63,972 bases of DNA, filler included, from Licmophora abbreviata (GCA_900291995.1; 15 parts of 15 records of this genome joined end to end with filler, not necessarily neighbours in it), one strand, 5' to 3'; counted from the first letter of the whole stretch, positions 10,369 through 21,367 are shown. Notes: generated from the sequence alone by a model not told the origin. Numbers and translations are program-made.

Positions 10369-12069
10369 TTATTGCACCAGATAGGGTTTCGGCTTGTTCT
10401 GTTGGGGTTCATGCGGTCCATGCGCTACTGGGAAATCCCCCATCAGATAGGGATGCATCCCTTGGTTCTTGAGGTTCTGCAGGAACTGTCCGAACCCGTT
10501 CAGATCGGCCATCCTCGGCACCTCCGACAGCCCACGCATGTTTTGCTGGCCGATCTCGTCGATGATCGTCTGCAGTGGCTCCATCGGCGCCTCGATGAAT
10601 TCCGCCATGGTCCAGATGCGGATGCGTGCCTTGGCCCACGGAGAGCGCAGCACCTCGAGATGTTTGCTTTCGATCTGCTGCAGGCGCGCGGCCTCCTGCC
10701 GGATATCGCCGAAATTCTGGTTCGACTTGAACAGCGGCACGGCCCATGCCCCGGTGATCACCGAGATCTGCGCGTTGGGATCCTTGGCGATATCCCATTC
10801 GATGTTCTTGATATGGTCGCGCGGCCCCATCTGGAAGCACTGCCGCTCTCCGCGTGTGTTCCAGATCAGACTGGCAAAAAAGGCGCGCGGATTGTAATCG
10901 CGCAGCGCCGCGCTGTCGCTCAACGCGCCATTCATCACCGTCTGACCATCGGAAAACTCGGCCCGCTCCGGTGCGAAAAGATGCCCATGCACCCGCGTTC
11001 CCGTCGCCCGCGCCAGCCACGGCTCGAAATTTTCGAACAGGTCGGCAAAGCCCTCGAACACCGAATATTGCGCGCAGGTCAGTCCGTTCTCGCGGCCCTC
11101 CACCGGAAACCGGCTTTGCATGTAAAGACCGGGGCGTCCGCGCGTGCGCCGATCCACCGCCTTGGCGAAGATGCGGTCGATCTTGCCGGGGTTCGGCTCG
11201 GTCTGTTTCATCGCCGTGGCGCTATCGGTCAGGAAGGCATCGTAAAGCCGGTTGGCAAACGGCCAGATCTTGCGCGCCACAAAGCAATCCGACCGGCGCA
11301 AAAGCTGCAGGTGATCGTCATAGAAGATATGCGGTTTGCCCTGATAATCGAACTTCGACAGCGTCAGGGACCGGCTTTCGATTTGCAACGAATACTGCCG
11401 CGCCAGCGTCTGGAAATAGCTTTCGTCGGGGATCCAGACATGGCGGAAATACCTGTCATAGATCGGCCTTTCCGGGTCCGAAAGGATCGCCGACAGGGTC
11501 TGCCGGGTCAGACACCACCATTGGCTGCCCATATGTGGCACGATGCCATTCGGGATGCGCCGCTTAAAGCGCAACCTGCGCTGCAGCGCGACATAGCGGT
11601 CAAAAAGATACTTGTTCTTGCGCCATGAAAACGGAAACCGCAGTGTGAACCGCTCGTGATCCAGACCCCCGATGGTCCAGGGCACATCCGCGGTCGTCGC
11701 GGATTCGATGAAATCCGTCTGCGGGCGTTCGGCCAGATAGTCGATCAACTCCTGCACCGGGCGCAGCGGCAGGCACGAGCCCGACGCCAGATAGACATGC
11801 CGCACATCTTTGAACTCATCTAGCATGATCTGCGCGGCACTCTGGGTCGCAGCCACCAGCCCCCATGTGCCCCATTCACAGCGATGCCGTTTGCAGAACC
11901 TGACATCCGGAAGATCGGACAGCGATTTGACGAAGGCGTTATAGGTTTTCGTAGGCACGGATTTGTCGGCGTGGATCACGATCGGACAGCCGCTCGCCGC
12001 CCAGTGCCGTGCAACCTGCTCGGCACGGTCGAACGCCGTGTGGACCAGCATTATGATACCCACGCTCAC
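10369..12069 (-). CDS. GT14 core-2/I-branching-like glycosyltransferase with C-terminal extension
   Basis: IHADK, CEWGTWGLV, LASGSCLPL, GSQWWCLTR, IPDESYFQT. Confidence 0.8.
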   Translation of the reverse strand: MSVGIIMLVHTAFDRAEQVARHWAASGCPIVIHADKSVPTKTYNAFVKSLSDLPDVRFCKRHRCEWGTWGLVAATQSAAQIMLDEFKDVRHVYLASGSCLPLRPVQELIDYLAERPQTDFIESATTADVPWTIGGLDHERFTLRFPFSWRKNKYLFDRYVALQRRLRFKRRIPNGIVPHMGSQWWCLTRQTLSAILSDPERPIYDRYFRHVWIPDESYFQTLARQYSLQIESRSLTLSKFDYQGKPHIFYDDHLQLLRRSDCFVARKIWPFANRLYDAFLTDSATAMKQTEPNPGKIDRIFAKAVDRRTRGRPGLYMQSRFPVEGRENGLTCAQYSVFEGFADLFENFEPWLARATGTRVHGHLFAPERAEFSDGQTVMNGALSDSAALRDYNPRAFFASLIWNTRGERQCFQMGPRDHIKNIEWDIAKDPNAQISVITGAWAVPLFKSNQNFGDIRQEAARLQQIESKHLEVLRSPWAKARIRIWTMAEFIEAPMEPLQTIIDEIGQQNMRGLSEVPRMADLNGFGQFLQNLKNQGMHPYLMGDFPVAHGPHEPQQNKPKPYLVQ

Positions 12070-12085
12070 CGAGAACCGCCCTTCC

Positions 12086-13027
12086 TCAAGCCCAGTTCCC
12101 CTTGGACATCAGCCCAAGGATCTCCAGTTGCCGCCAGTTTATATACTTTTCCGACCATTTGCACCACAGCTCGGGATTGTCGCGCAAGTTATCGTAATAC
12201 GTCTTGTATTCCATGCTCGCCGCATAGTGCTGGTTTCGCTCCAGCTCCTCTTCGGCCTTGGCAGCAAAGGTATCCAGAAACTTCGCGTGCAACAGGACGC
12301 CGCTGGCCTTTTCACCGCCCAAAGTGTCGTATGTCTGGTTCAGCCCACGAGGCAAAAGCATATGGGTCGAGCTGACATAGGCATAGCGCCTGTCCCATTT
12401 GACAAGCGGGATCTTGTTGAGCGCCGGCGCCTTTTTGGGCGTGTCCCGGAAAAACACCCGCGCCCTCGGGCCGCCCTGAATCCACAGGTTACCGAAATCA
12501 TTATTCTTGGCGATCACGTAATTGCCTGGATCGAACCACGACGTGATCTCGATCGGATTTTGCCCGGGCCGATACGGCACCGCATCGATCCGCCCCTTGG
12601 GATACATATCCAGCAACATCGCCCCGAATGACTTCAGTTGCGACACATCCAGCCAGTCGGTCAGCGCCCTGATCGGTCGCGTATCGCAAAACGGGTAGAC
12701 AAAGAATTCATCGGGATCGACAACAAGCGTCCAGTGACCATGGCCATATCTGCCCTGCAACCAGTTCAGCCAGTCCACCCCGAACCTCGCGCGCTTGTAA
12801 CTGGCCTTGGTTGTCCAGACCGAGACATCCGGCTGATCTGCCAGATATTCCCGCCCGCCATCGTCGCTGTCATTATCGACCATCAGGAAATGCGACACGC
12901 CCAGATCCCGGTAATATTTCAGGAAATAGGGAAGGCGCACGTATTCATCCCGAAACGTCGAAAACAACAGGATGTCACCCGGTCCGATACGGTCCGTGCG
13001 GTCGACCACCTGCTTGAGAGAATAGTG
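12086..13027 (-). CDS. glycosyltransferase family 2 (5' end in gap)
   Basis: RDEYVRLPYFLKYY, VDNDSDDG, WTLVVDPDEF, LLHAKF. Confidence 0.82.
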   Translation of the reverse strand, partial: HYSLKQVVDRTDRIGPGDILLFSTFRDEYVRLPYFLKYYRDLGVSHFLMVDNDSDDGGREYLADQPDVSVWTTKASYKRARFGVDWLNWLQGRYGHGHWTLVVDPDEFFVYPFCDTRPIRALTDWLDVSQLKSFGAMLLDMYPKGRIDAVPYRPGQNPIEITSWFDPGNYVIAKNNDFGNLWIQGGPRARVFFRDTPKKAPALNKIPLVKWDRRYAYVSSTHMLLPRGLNQTYDTLGGEKASGVLLHAKFLDTFAAKAEEELERNQHYAASMEYKTYYDNLRDNPELWCKWSEKYINWRQLEILGLMSKGNWA

Positions 13028-13127
13028 NNNNNNNNNNNNNNNNNNNNNNNNNNNNNNNNNNNNNNNNNNNNTTAATTAATTAANNNNNNNNNNNNNNNNN
13101 NNNNNNNNNNNNNNNNNNNNNNNNNNN

Positions 13128-13455
13128 GACAACCCGCCTGCACCGCCGCCTCGAACAGGCACAGCGATCCCGCGACATTGTTGTGCCAGTAAAGCCCCGG
13201 TTCCCGCATGCTTTCGCCCACCTGGCTCAGTGCTGCGAAATGCAGCACCGCCTCGGGCCGATAGGCGGCGAACACCTGATCCAGCCGCGCGCGGTCTGTC
13301 AGATCGCCCTGCTCGAACGGGCCATAGCGCACCGCCTGTTCCCAACCGGTGCTCAGATTGTCATAGGTCACGGGCGTGAAGCCCGCCGCCCTCAGCGCCT
13401 TGCAGGCATGCGAGCCGATATAACCGGCGCCGCCCGTCACGAGAATATTGCTCAC
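13128..13455 (-). CDS. galE: UDP-glucose 4-epimerase, 5' part (rest in gap)
   Basis: ILVTGGAGYIGSH, HFAALSQVGES. Confidence 0.9.
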
Positions 13456-13473
13456 TGCATCGACTCCGGCGGC

Positions 13474-14367
13474 TTACTGCGCCGCCTTCTCCGCATACAA
13501 GATATCGTTGAGAAAAGCCCGCAGGTCATCGCGCAGATCCTCGCGCGCCAGCGCAAAGGAAACGGTCGCCTGCAGGAAGCCCGATTTCGATCCGCAATCG
13601 AAGCGATGCCCCTCGAAGCGATAGCCGTACACTTCTTCACCGGCCTCCCGCGCATCCGAAATCGCATCGGTGAGCTGAATTTCCCCACCCGCGCCTGCAC
13701 GCTTCTTGTTCAGCATCTTGAGCACGGTCGGCGTCAGGATATACCGCCCGATCACCGCGAGGTTAGACGGCGCCTCACCCAGCTTGGGCTTCTCGACCAT
13801 GCCCTTGGTCGACACGATCCGTCCCTTGTCTTCCTTGATATCCAGCATCCCATAGGACGAGGCCTTTTCCTCGGGCACTTCCATCGCGGCGACGATATTG
13901 CCCTGCGTTTCCGCGAACGCCTCGACCATCTGCGCCAGACACGGCTTTTCCGCCGCGATCACGTCATCCGGCAGCATCACGGCAAAGGGCTCGTTCCCGA
14001 TCAGATGCCGCGCGCACCACACCGCATGACCAAGCCCAAGCGGCTTGTGCTGCCGGACATAGGCGATCTGGCCGCTGTCCATGTTGGTGCTTTTCAGGAT
14101 CTTCAGAAGATCATCCTTGCCCTTCCTGCGCAGCTCCTGCTCGAGCTGCGGGGCAAGATCGAAATAATCCTCAAGCGCGCCCTTGCCGCGCGAGGTGACG
14201 AAAATGAAATCCTTGATGCCCGCTTCACGGGCTTCGTCGATCGCGTATTGGACAAGGGGACGGTCCACCAAAGTCATGATTTCCTTCGGCACCGACTTGG
14301 TTGCCGGCAAAAATCTCGTCCCCAGACCCGCGACAGGAAAAATGGCTTTTGTTACTTTCTTTCGCAT
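13474..14367 (-). CDS. galU: UTP-glucose-1-phosphate uridylyltransferase
   Basis: KAIFPVAGLGTRFLPATK, GLGHAV, GAGGEIQLTDA. Confidence 0.96.
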   Translation of the reverse strand: MRKKVTKAIFPVAGLGTRFLPATKSVPKEIMTLVDRPLVQYAIDEAREAGIKDFIFVTSRGKGALEDYFDLAPQLEQELRRKGKDDLLKILKSTNMDSGQIAYVRQHKPLGLGHAVWCARHLIGNEPFAVMLPDDVIAAEKPCLAQMVEAFAETQGNIVAAMEVPEEKASSYGMLDIKEDKGRIVSTKGMVEKPKLGEAPSNLAVIGRYILTPTVLKMLNKKRAGAGGEIQLTDAISDAREAGEEVYGYRFEGHRFDCGSKSGFLQATVSFALAREDLRDDLRAFLNDILYAEKAAQ

Positions 14368-14492
14368 GTCTGCTCCTCACCTGCACCAACGCTGGAACAA
14401 TAAACCAGCCCTGATGTCATTGCACTGATTAATGGAAGATTATGAAGATTTCTGGACCAGACATTGTCGATGACCGCAGAAATACAGCTTTT

Positions 14493-15293
14493 TCACTCCG
14501 ATCCCATCTCTTTCATCATCCGTTCGATGCGCGACACATCCTCAGGGTTGTTTAACTCCCAGAACTGTCGCCCGCGCGCCTCGACCTCGACACAGCGCAC
14601 CGCGCGCCCGTTTTCCAGAAACCTGAGCTGCTCCAGCCCCTCCAGCCCCTCGAGCGGCCCCTCCGACCAGCCCGGATAGGCCGACAGCGCCGCCGCGCGA
14701 TAGGCATAGACCCCAACATGGTGAAACACCGGCGTCGCCGCGTCATCCTCATAGGTTCCGGGCGTGTAGGGGATCACTTCCTTCGAGAAATAAAGCGCAT
14801 GGCCCCGGCTGTCGAAAACGGCCGTCGTGCCGCCCACACGGCCTGCGCGCCGATCTTCCAGAAACCCGTTCAACGCGCGCCCGTCGCAGCGCAGCACAGG
14901 CGTCGCCATGCCGGCCTCGGCATCGTTGCCCAAGGCCTCGATCAACGCCTCGACGAACCAATGCGGCGTCAGCGGCGCATCTCCCTGCAGGTTGACCACG
15001 ATATCATAACCGCCGCCAAGCACCTCATGCGCTTCCGCGCAGCGTTCCGTCCCATTGCGACAGGTCTCCGAGGTCATCGCCACCTCGGCACCGAACCCTT
15101 CGACGGCCTGTCGAATACGATCATCATCGGTGGCCACCACCACCCGGTGATCGCCCCCGACTTGGCTCGCCGCCTCCCAACTGCGCTGGATCAGGCTCTT
15201 TTTGGCACCGCTCGCGCCGGTCAATTCGACCAGCGGCTTGCCCGGATACCGGCTTGACGCATAGCGCGCCGGAATGACGATCAGAACCCGCAT
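14493..15293 (-). CDS. kdsB: CMP-Kdo synthetase (KdsB/KpsU)
   Basis: IPARYASSRYPGKPL, NGTERC, NLQGDAPL, LEQLRFLENG. Confidence 0.9.
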   Translation of the reverse strand: MRVLIVIPARYASSRYPGKPLVELTGASGAKKSLIQRSWEAASQVGGDHRVVVATDDDRIRQAVEGFGAEVAMTSETCRNGTERCAEAHEVLGGGYDIVVNLQGDAPLTPHWFVEALIEALGNDAEAGMATPVLRCDGRALNGFLEDRRAGRVGGTTAVFDSRGHALYFSKEVIPYTPGTYEDDAATPVFHHVGVYAYRAAALSAYPGWSEGPLEGLEGLEQLRFLENGRAVRCVEVEARGRQFWELNNPEDVSRIERMMKEMGSE

Positions 15294-16090
15294 CAGCCCG
15301 CCTTCAACGTGACGCCCGGCGCATAGGCAATGAAGAACGGGTTTGCGAACCCGTCCTTGCCATAATGCAAAGGCTGGTGATCGTCGAAGCGCACCACCTG
15401 ACCGCCTGCCCCCTGCAGCACGGCTTGGCCTGCGGCGGTATCCCATTCCATCGTGCGCCCAAGCCTTGGATACAGATCCGCCTCACCCGTCGCCACCAGA
15501 CAGAACTTGAGCGACGAGCCCGCGCTCGTCATGTCCTTGACGCCATATTGACTGATGTAATCGTCAGTCGCCTGATCGCGGTGCGATTTGCTGGCCACCA
15601 CCATCAAAGCCGCATTGTCGGGCGTCGACACGGCGATCTCGGTCATCGCACCCGGCATCTGCAGATCGAACGGCCCGGCCTCTTCGACCGACACACCATC
15701 GGCGCGGGTGAAAAACATCCGTTCTTTCGCGGGCGCATAAACCACCCCGCGCACCGGAACGCCGTTTTCCACATAGGCGATATTCACGGTGAAATCCCCA
15801 CGGCGATGGATGAATTCCTTGGTGCCATCCAGCGGATCGACGATCAGAAAGGTCTCGACGCTCTGCCCATGCGACGCCGCCTGCTCTTCGGTCACCAGTG
15901 CCACATCCGGAAACGCCTTGCGCAGACCCTCGGAAATCAGCGCATCCGCCGCCTCGTCGGCTTCGGTCACGGGGCTGTCGTCAGACTTCACCTTCACATC
16001 GAAATCATCGGAATTGTAGATTTCCATGATCCGGTCACCCGCTTCCAGCGCCAACCGGCGCATGACCGTAACAAGCTTGTCGTGATCCAA
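15293..16090 (-). CDS. cysQ: 3'(2'),5'-bisphosphate nucleotidase
   Basis: SPVTEAD, VDPLDGTKEF, GSSLKFC, WDTAAG. Confidence 0.94.
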   Translation of the reverse strand: MDHDKLVTVMRRLALEAGDRIMEIYNSDDFDVKVKSDDSPVTEADEAADALISEGLRKAFPDVALVTEEQAASHGQSVETFLIVDPLDGTKEFIHRRGDFTVNIAYVENGVPVRGVVYAPAKERMFFTRADGVSVEEAGPFDLQMPGAMTEIAVSTPDNAALMVVASKSHRDQATDDYISQYGVKDMTSAGSSLKFCLVATGEADLYPRLGRTMEWDTAAGQAVLQGAGGQVVRFDDHQPLHYGKDGFANPFFIAYAPGVTLKAG

Positions 16091-16227
16091 TGTGATACTC
16101 CTGCCTACCTTTTGTACCGCGTTGACACGGCATGTTGATCGAATGCCTCGCGCCCTTTATGGTATGCAGGTAACGGGACAGCAAGAAGTCCGTGCCACAT
16201 TCCGGCAGGCTGACAGGCGACGAGTAG

Positions 16228-17048
16228 ATGTTTCAGAAAGTTTCCCCCAGAAGTAACCTGCAATCGGCCCTCGCCATTCTGGAGCTGATCTATCACGCCA
16301 CGGTGCGATCTGTCCGCAAGTCGCATGGCAACGCGTTCTTCGCGATCCTCAACAACATATTGCAGGCCATCATCTTCGTCATGGCCTTCTACCTCATGTT
16401 CTGGATGCTCGGCATCAAGGGCGCGCGCATTCGTGGCGATTTCCTTTTGTACATGATGTCGGGGGTTTCCTTTTCCTGACGCATATCAAGGCGCTTGGCG
16501 CGGTGGTCGGGGCCGAGGGGCCATCGTCACCGATGATGCAGCACGCGCCGATGAACACAGTCATTTCGGTCGCCTCCGCGGCACTGGGGGCGCTTTACAT
16601 TCAGGTATTGTCGCTGTTCGTGATCCTGTTCGTGTATCATGTCGCCTTCACCCCTTTCGAGGTGTCGCAGCCCTTCTCGGCCTTCGGCATGCTGGTTCTG
16701 GCGTGGTTCACCGGGGTGGCCATCGGGATGGTGCTGCTCTCTATCAAGCCGTGGTTCCCTGCGGTGGTCGGACTCGTCACCATCGTCTATCAGCGCGCCA
16801 ACATGATCGCGTCGGGCAAGATGTTCGTGGCCAATTCGCTGCCCCCCTTCATGCTCAAGATGTTCGACTGGAACCCGCTGTTCCACGCTATCGATCAATG
16901 CCGTGGGTTCACTTTCATCAACTACGTGCCGCGCAATTCATCGCTGGAATATCCGTTGATCGTCGGGCTGGTGTTCCTCATGGTCGGGCTGATGGGCGAA
17001 TTCTACACCCGCCAATACGCCTCGCGGAGCTGGGACGCCCGCCGCTGA
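16228..17048 (+). pseudogene. ABC-2 (KpsM/Wzm-like) permease with a 1-nt frameshift near 16466
   Basis: Two hydrophobic ORFs join into one (SGVFLFLTHIKALGAVVGAEGP) if one T is added to GGGGGTTTCC; WNPLFHAID motif. Confidence 0.8.
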
Positions 17049-17062
17049 GGTCCGTTCCGCGG

Positions 17063-17671
17063 TCAATCCACAACCCGCAAAGTCAGGTTGATGCGGCCGC
17101 CACCCTTCAGCAACGCGGACGACCCCGGCCTGATCCTGTCGATCCCGTGATAGATGAGCCGCGCCTCGCCCCCCATGACGACAACATCCCCCGATCCCAG
17201 CCAGACCGACTCGGTCTTGCCTCCGCGCGTCGTGCCACCGACCCGGAACAGCGCGTCATCCCCCAAGGACACCGACAGGACCGGCCAGCCGAAATCTGCC
17301 TCATCGCGATCCTGATGCATCCCCATCTTCGCCCCTTCGCGATAGACATTCACCAGACAGCAATCCGGCGCGCGCCGGTCGCTCACCAGATCGCGCCAGA
17401 TCGCCAGCACCTCCTCCGGGATCGGCGGCCAGGGCTGACCATCCGGATGGCGCGGCACATAGCGGTATCCGCCCCGGTCCGCATACCAGCCATACCTGCC
17501 CGCCGAGGTCATCCTGACCGACATCGGCTTGCCATAGGGCGTCATCGGCGAGAAAAGCGGCGCCTGCCGCACCACCTCTCGCAGCGCATCCCTCAGCGCC
17601 TGCTGCGCCCCGCCATCAAGCCACCCCTTGTAGATATGCACCCCCCTCAGGGTCAGCGTCGGGTCCGTCAT
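17063..17671 (-). CDS. alkB: alpha-ketoglutarate-dependent dioxygenase AlkB
   Basis: CLVNVY, MGMHQDRDE, YHG, RINLTLR. Confidence 0.92.
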   Translation of the reverse strand: MTDPTLTLRGVHIYKGWLDGGAQQALRDALREVVRQAPLFSPMTPYGKPMSVRMTSAGRYGWYADRGGYRYVPRHPDGQPWPPIPEEVLAIWRDLVSDRRAPDCCLVNVYREGAKMGMHQDRDEADFGWPVLSVSLGDDALFRVGGTTRGGKTESVWLGSGDVVVMGGEARLIYHGIDRIRPGSSALLKGGGRINLTLRVVD

Positions 17672-17739
17672 GCATCCTCCCTCATGGGCCTGTCATACAG
17701 AATTAACGACAAATTCCCGAATTCCACCCCCTCGGGCCG

Positions 17740-17768
17740 CTTGCAGCCCCTGATTGCCCTGCCTATAT
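17740..17768 (+). promoter_or_regulatory. putative RpoH (sigma32) promoter of dnaK
   Basis: CTTG-N18-CCTATAT, the alphaproteobacterial heat-shock consensus. Confidence 0.7.
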
Positions 17769-17881
17769 ACCCGCAAAGCGTGGACGCACGGCCTCCCGTG
17801 GTCCGCCCTGAGATCGGGGGCCCGGTGCCGTAATCGGGTCGGGCGTCCGGAACATCGCCTTATTGAAGAAGGGATATAAAA

Positions 17882-19947
17882 ATGTCCAAAGTGATCGGTA
17901 TCGACCTCGGAACCACAAACAGCTGTATCGCCATCATGGATGGCAGCCAGGCCCGCGTCATCGAAAACTCCGAAGGCGCTCGTACGACGCCCTCGATCGT
18001 GGCCTTTACGGAAAACGAACGTCTCGTCGGCCAGCCTGCCAAGCGGCAGGCCGTGACCAACCCGGAAAACACCATCTTCGGCGTCAAGCGCCTGATCGGT
18101 CGCCGTGTGGACGACGTCGATCTGGCCAAGGACAAGAAGAACATGCCGTTCACCGTCGTCGATGGCGGCAATGGCGACGCATGGGTTCAGGCGCGCAGCG
18201 AGAAATACAGCCCCTCGCAGATTTCCGCCTTCATCCTCGGCAAGATGAAGGAAACCGCCGAATCCTATCTCGGCGAAGAGGTGACGCAAGCCGTCATCAC
18301 CGTCCCCGNNNNNNNNNNNNNNNNNNNNNNNNNNNNNNNNNNNNNNNNNNNNTTAATTAATTAANNNNNNNNNNNNNNNNNNNNNNNNNNNNNNNNNNNN
18401 NNNNNNNNAATGACGCTCAGCGTCAGGCCACCAAAGACGCCGGCAAGATCGCCGGTCTCGAAGTGCTGCGCATCATCAACGAGCCGACAGCCGCCGCGCT
18501 GGCCTATGGTCTCGACAAGAAGGAAACGCAGACCATCGCCGTCTATGACCTTGGCGGCGGCACCTTCGACGTGACCGTGCTCGAGATCGACGATGGCCTG
18601 TTCGAGGTGAAAGCCACCAATGGCGACACCTTCCTCGGTGGCGAGGACTTCGACATGCGGATCGTCAATTACCTCGCCGACGAATTCAAGAAAGAGCATG
18701 GGGTCGACCTGACCAAGGACAAGATGGCCCTTCAGCGCCTCAAGGAAGCTGCCGAGAAAGCCAAGATCGAACTGTCCAGCAGCTCGCAAACCGAAATCAA
18801 CCAGCCCTTCATCTCGATGGGCTCGGACGGTCAGCCGCTGCACATGGTCATGAAACTGACCCGTGCCAAGCTCGAAAGCCTGGTGGGCGATCTCATCAAG
18901 GCCTCGATGAAGCCTTGCGCCGCGGCCCTCAAGGATGCCGGCATCTCCGCCAGCGAAATCGACGAGGTCGTTCTCGTCGGCGGCATGACCCGTATGCCCA
19001 AGGTCGTCGAGGAAGTGACCAAGTTCTTCGGCAAGGAACCCCACAAGGGCGTCAACCCCGACGAAGTCGTCGCCATGGGTGCTGCCATTCAGGCCGGCGT
19101 GCTTCAGGGTGACGTCAAGGATGTGGTTCTGCTCGACGTGACGCCGCTGTCGCTCGGGATCGAAACGCTTGGCGGTGTCTTCACCCGCCTGATCGACCGC
19201 AACACCACGATCCCGACCAACAAGTCGCAGATCTTCTCGACCGCCGAGGACAACCAGAGCGCCGTGACGATCCGTGTCTTCCAAGGCGAGCGTGAAATGG
19301 CGGCCGACAACAAGATGCTCGGTCAGTTCAACCTCGAAAACATTCCGCCCGCACCACGCGGCATACCCCAGATCGAGGTGACATTCGACATCGACGCCAA
19401 CGGCATCGTCTCTGTTTCCGCCAAGGACAAGGGCACCAACAAGGAACAGAAGATCACGATCCAGGCGTCGGGCGGCCTCAGCGACGAAGACATCGAGAAG
19501 ATGGTCAAGGAAGCCGAAGAAAACGCCGAGTCCGACAAGGCCCGCCGCGAACTGATCGAATCGAAGAACCAGGCCGAAAGCCTGATCCACTCGACCGAGA
19601 AGTCGCTCGAGGAACATGCCGACAAGGTGGACCCAACCACTGTCGAAGCCATCGAACTGGCAATCGCCGCTCTCAAGGACGACCTTGAGAAAGACGATAT
19701 CGGGGCCGACAAGATCAAGGCCGGCATTCAGAACGTGACCGAAGCGGCCATGAAACTNNNNNNNNNNNNNNNNNNNNNNNNNNNNNNNNNNNNNNNNNNN
19801 NTTAATTAATTAANNNNNNNNNNNNNNNNNNNNNNNNNNNNNNNNNNNNNNNNNNNNGAGCCGTCGCCTGCGGATCGTGGCCGGTCGGACGACGACGATA
19901 TCGTCGATGCCGACTTCGAGGACCTCGACGACAACAAGCGTTCGTAA
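17882..19947 (+). CDS. dnaK: chaperone DnaK (two gaps)
   Basis: [24 protein letters not shown]-terminal [15 protein letters not shown]. Confidence 0.98.
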
Positions 19948-20024
19948 CGCGCCTGACGGGACCAATGGGGCCGGTCCGACCTTTGGGCCGGCCCCGTGCA
20001 GTTCCATGACCAAGGAGATCCCCG

Positions 20025-21182
20025 ATGGCCAAACGCGACTATTATGAAGTGCTGGGTATATCGCGGGGTGCGTCTGCGGACGAGATCAAAAAGGCCTATC
20101 GTACCAAGGCCAAGGAACTTCATCCCGACCGCAACAAGGACAACCCCAACGCCGAAACCCAGTTCAAGGAAGCCGGCGAAGCCTATGACGTCCTGAAAGA
20201 TCCCGACAAGAAAGCCGCCTATGACCGCTTCGGTCATGCCGCCTTCGATGGTGGCATGGGCGGCGGTGGCCCTCGGCCCGGGGGCGGTTTTGGTGGTGCG
20301 GGGCAGGGCGATTTCGCCTCGGCCTTTTCCGACGTGTTCGACGATCTGTTCGGCGATTTCATGGGCGGTCGCGGCGGTGGTGGACGCCAGCGCGCGGCCC
20401 GTGGCGCCGATCTGCGCTACAACCTGCGTGTCACCCTCGAAGACGCCTACAAGGGCATACAGAAAACCATCAACGTGCCCACCTCCGTGGCATGCGGCGA
20501 GTGCAACGGCACCGGCGCCGAAGGCGGCTCCGAGCCGACGACCTGCCCCACCTGTTCCGGCATGGGCAAGGTGCGCGCTCAACAGGGCTTCTTCACCGTC
20601 GAACGCACCTGTCCCACCTGTTCGGGCCTGGGCCAGATCATCAAGAACCCGTGCAACGCCTGTCATGGGCAGGGCCGCGTCGACAAGGATCGCGCGCTCA
20701 ACGTCAACATCCCCGCCGGCGTCGAAACCGGCACCCGCATTCGCCTCGCCGGCGAGGGCGAGGCCGGGATGCGCGGCGGCCCTCCGGGCGACCTCTATAT
20801 CTTCATCGAGGTGGCCAGGCACGAGATCTTCGAACGCGAGGAAACCAATCTCTTCTGCCGCGTGCCCGTGTCGATGACCGCCGCCGCTCTTGGCGGTGAC
20901 ATCGAGGTGCCCACCATCGACGGCGGGCGCTCACGCGTGAAGATCCCGGCCGGGTCACAATCCGGGCGTCAGATGCGTTTGCGCAACAAGGGCATGCCCG
21001 CGCTGCGCGGCAGGGCAAGCGGCGACATGTTCATCGAACTGGCCGTGGAAACACCGGTCAACCTGACCTCCCGCCAGAAAGAGCTTCTGCGCGAATTCGA
21101 GGCGCTCTCCGAAGACAACAACCCCGAAAGCAAAAGCTTCTTCTCCTCGGTGAAAAGCTTCTGGGACTCGATGAAGTCCTAA
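20025..21182 (+). CDS. dnaJ: chaperone DnaJ
   Basis: HPD motif, G/F region, four CxxCxGxG. Confidence 0.98.
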   Translation: MAKRDYYEVLGISRGASADEIKKAYRTKAKELHPDRNKDNPNAETQFKEAGEAYDVLKDPDKKAAYDRFGHAAFDGGMGGGGPRPGGGFGGAGQGDFASAFSDVFDDLFGDFMGGRGGGGRQRAARGADLRYNLRVTLEDAYKGIQKTINVPTSVACGECNGTGAEGGSEPTTCPTCSGMGKVRAQQGFFTVERTCPTCSGLGQIIKNPCNACHGQGRVDKDRALNVNIPAGVETGTRIRLAGEGEAGMRGGPPGDLYIFIEVARHEIFEREETNLFCRVPVSMTAAALGGDIEVPTIDGGRSRVKIPAGSQSGRQMRLRNKGMPALRGRASGDMFIELAVETPVNLTSRQKELLREFEALSEDNNPESKSFFSSVKSFWDSMKS

Positions 21183-21207
21183 GTCGAAGCCCTCCGATCC
21201 TGCTCCG

Positions 21208-21235
21208 GGGCGCGCCGCATTGGCGCGCCCTTTTT
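21208..21235 (+). terminator. intrinsic terminator after dnaJ
   Basis: GGGCGCGCC-GCATT-GGCGCGCCC followed by TTTTT. Confidence 0.8.
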
Positions 21236-21280
21236 CTTTGCCCGGTTACTTTGCCTAACAGCAAAGGGTTAATGCCCATC

Positions 21281-21313
21281 GGCACCGACATGATACCGAC
21301 GTGATACCGATGC
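21281..21313 (+). repeat. 3x 11-bp tandem repeat (GATACCGACGT), copy 1
   Basis: GGCACCGACAT GATACCGACGT GATACCGATGC; shares an exact 18-mer with 36191-36208. Confidence 0.75.
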
Positions 21314-21329
21314 GCTTTTCGGGCAGCTG

Positions 21330-21345
21330 TTAACGCTTTTCTAAC
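21330..21345 (+). promoter_or_regulatory. CtrA-like box upstream of radC
   Basis: TTAA-CGCTTTT-CTAAC, one mismatch to TTAA-N7-TTAAC. Confidence 0.5.
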
Positions 21346-21367
21346 CCTCGCGCGCCACTCTCCGGAT

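Noticed and set aside
21281..21313. 11-bp repeats as a CRISPR array
   Set aside because: Units are too short, there are no spacers and no cas genes. No CRISPR array was seen in the window.
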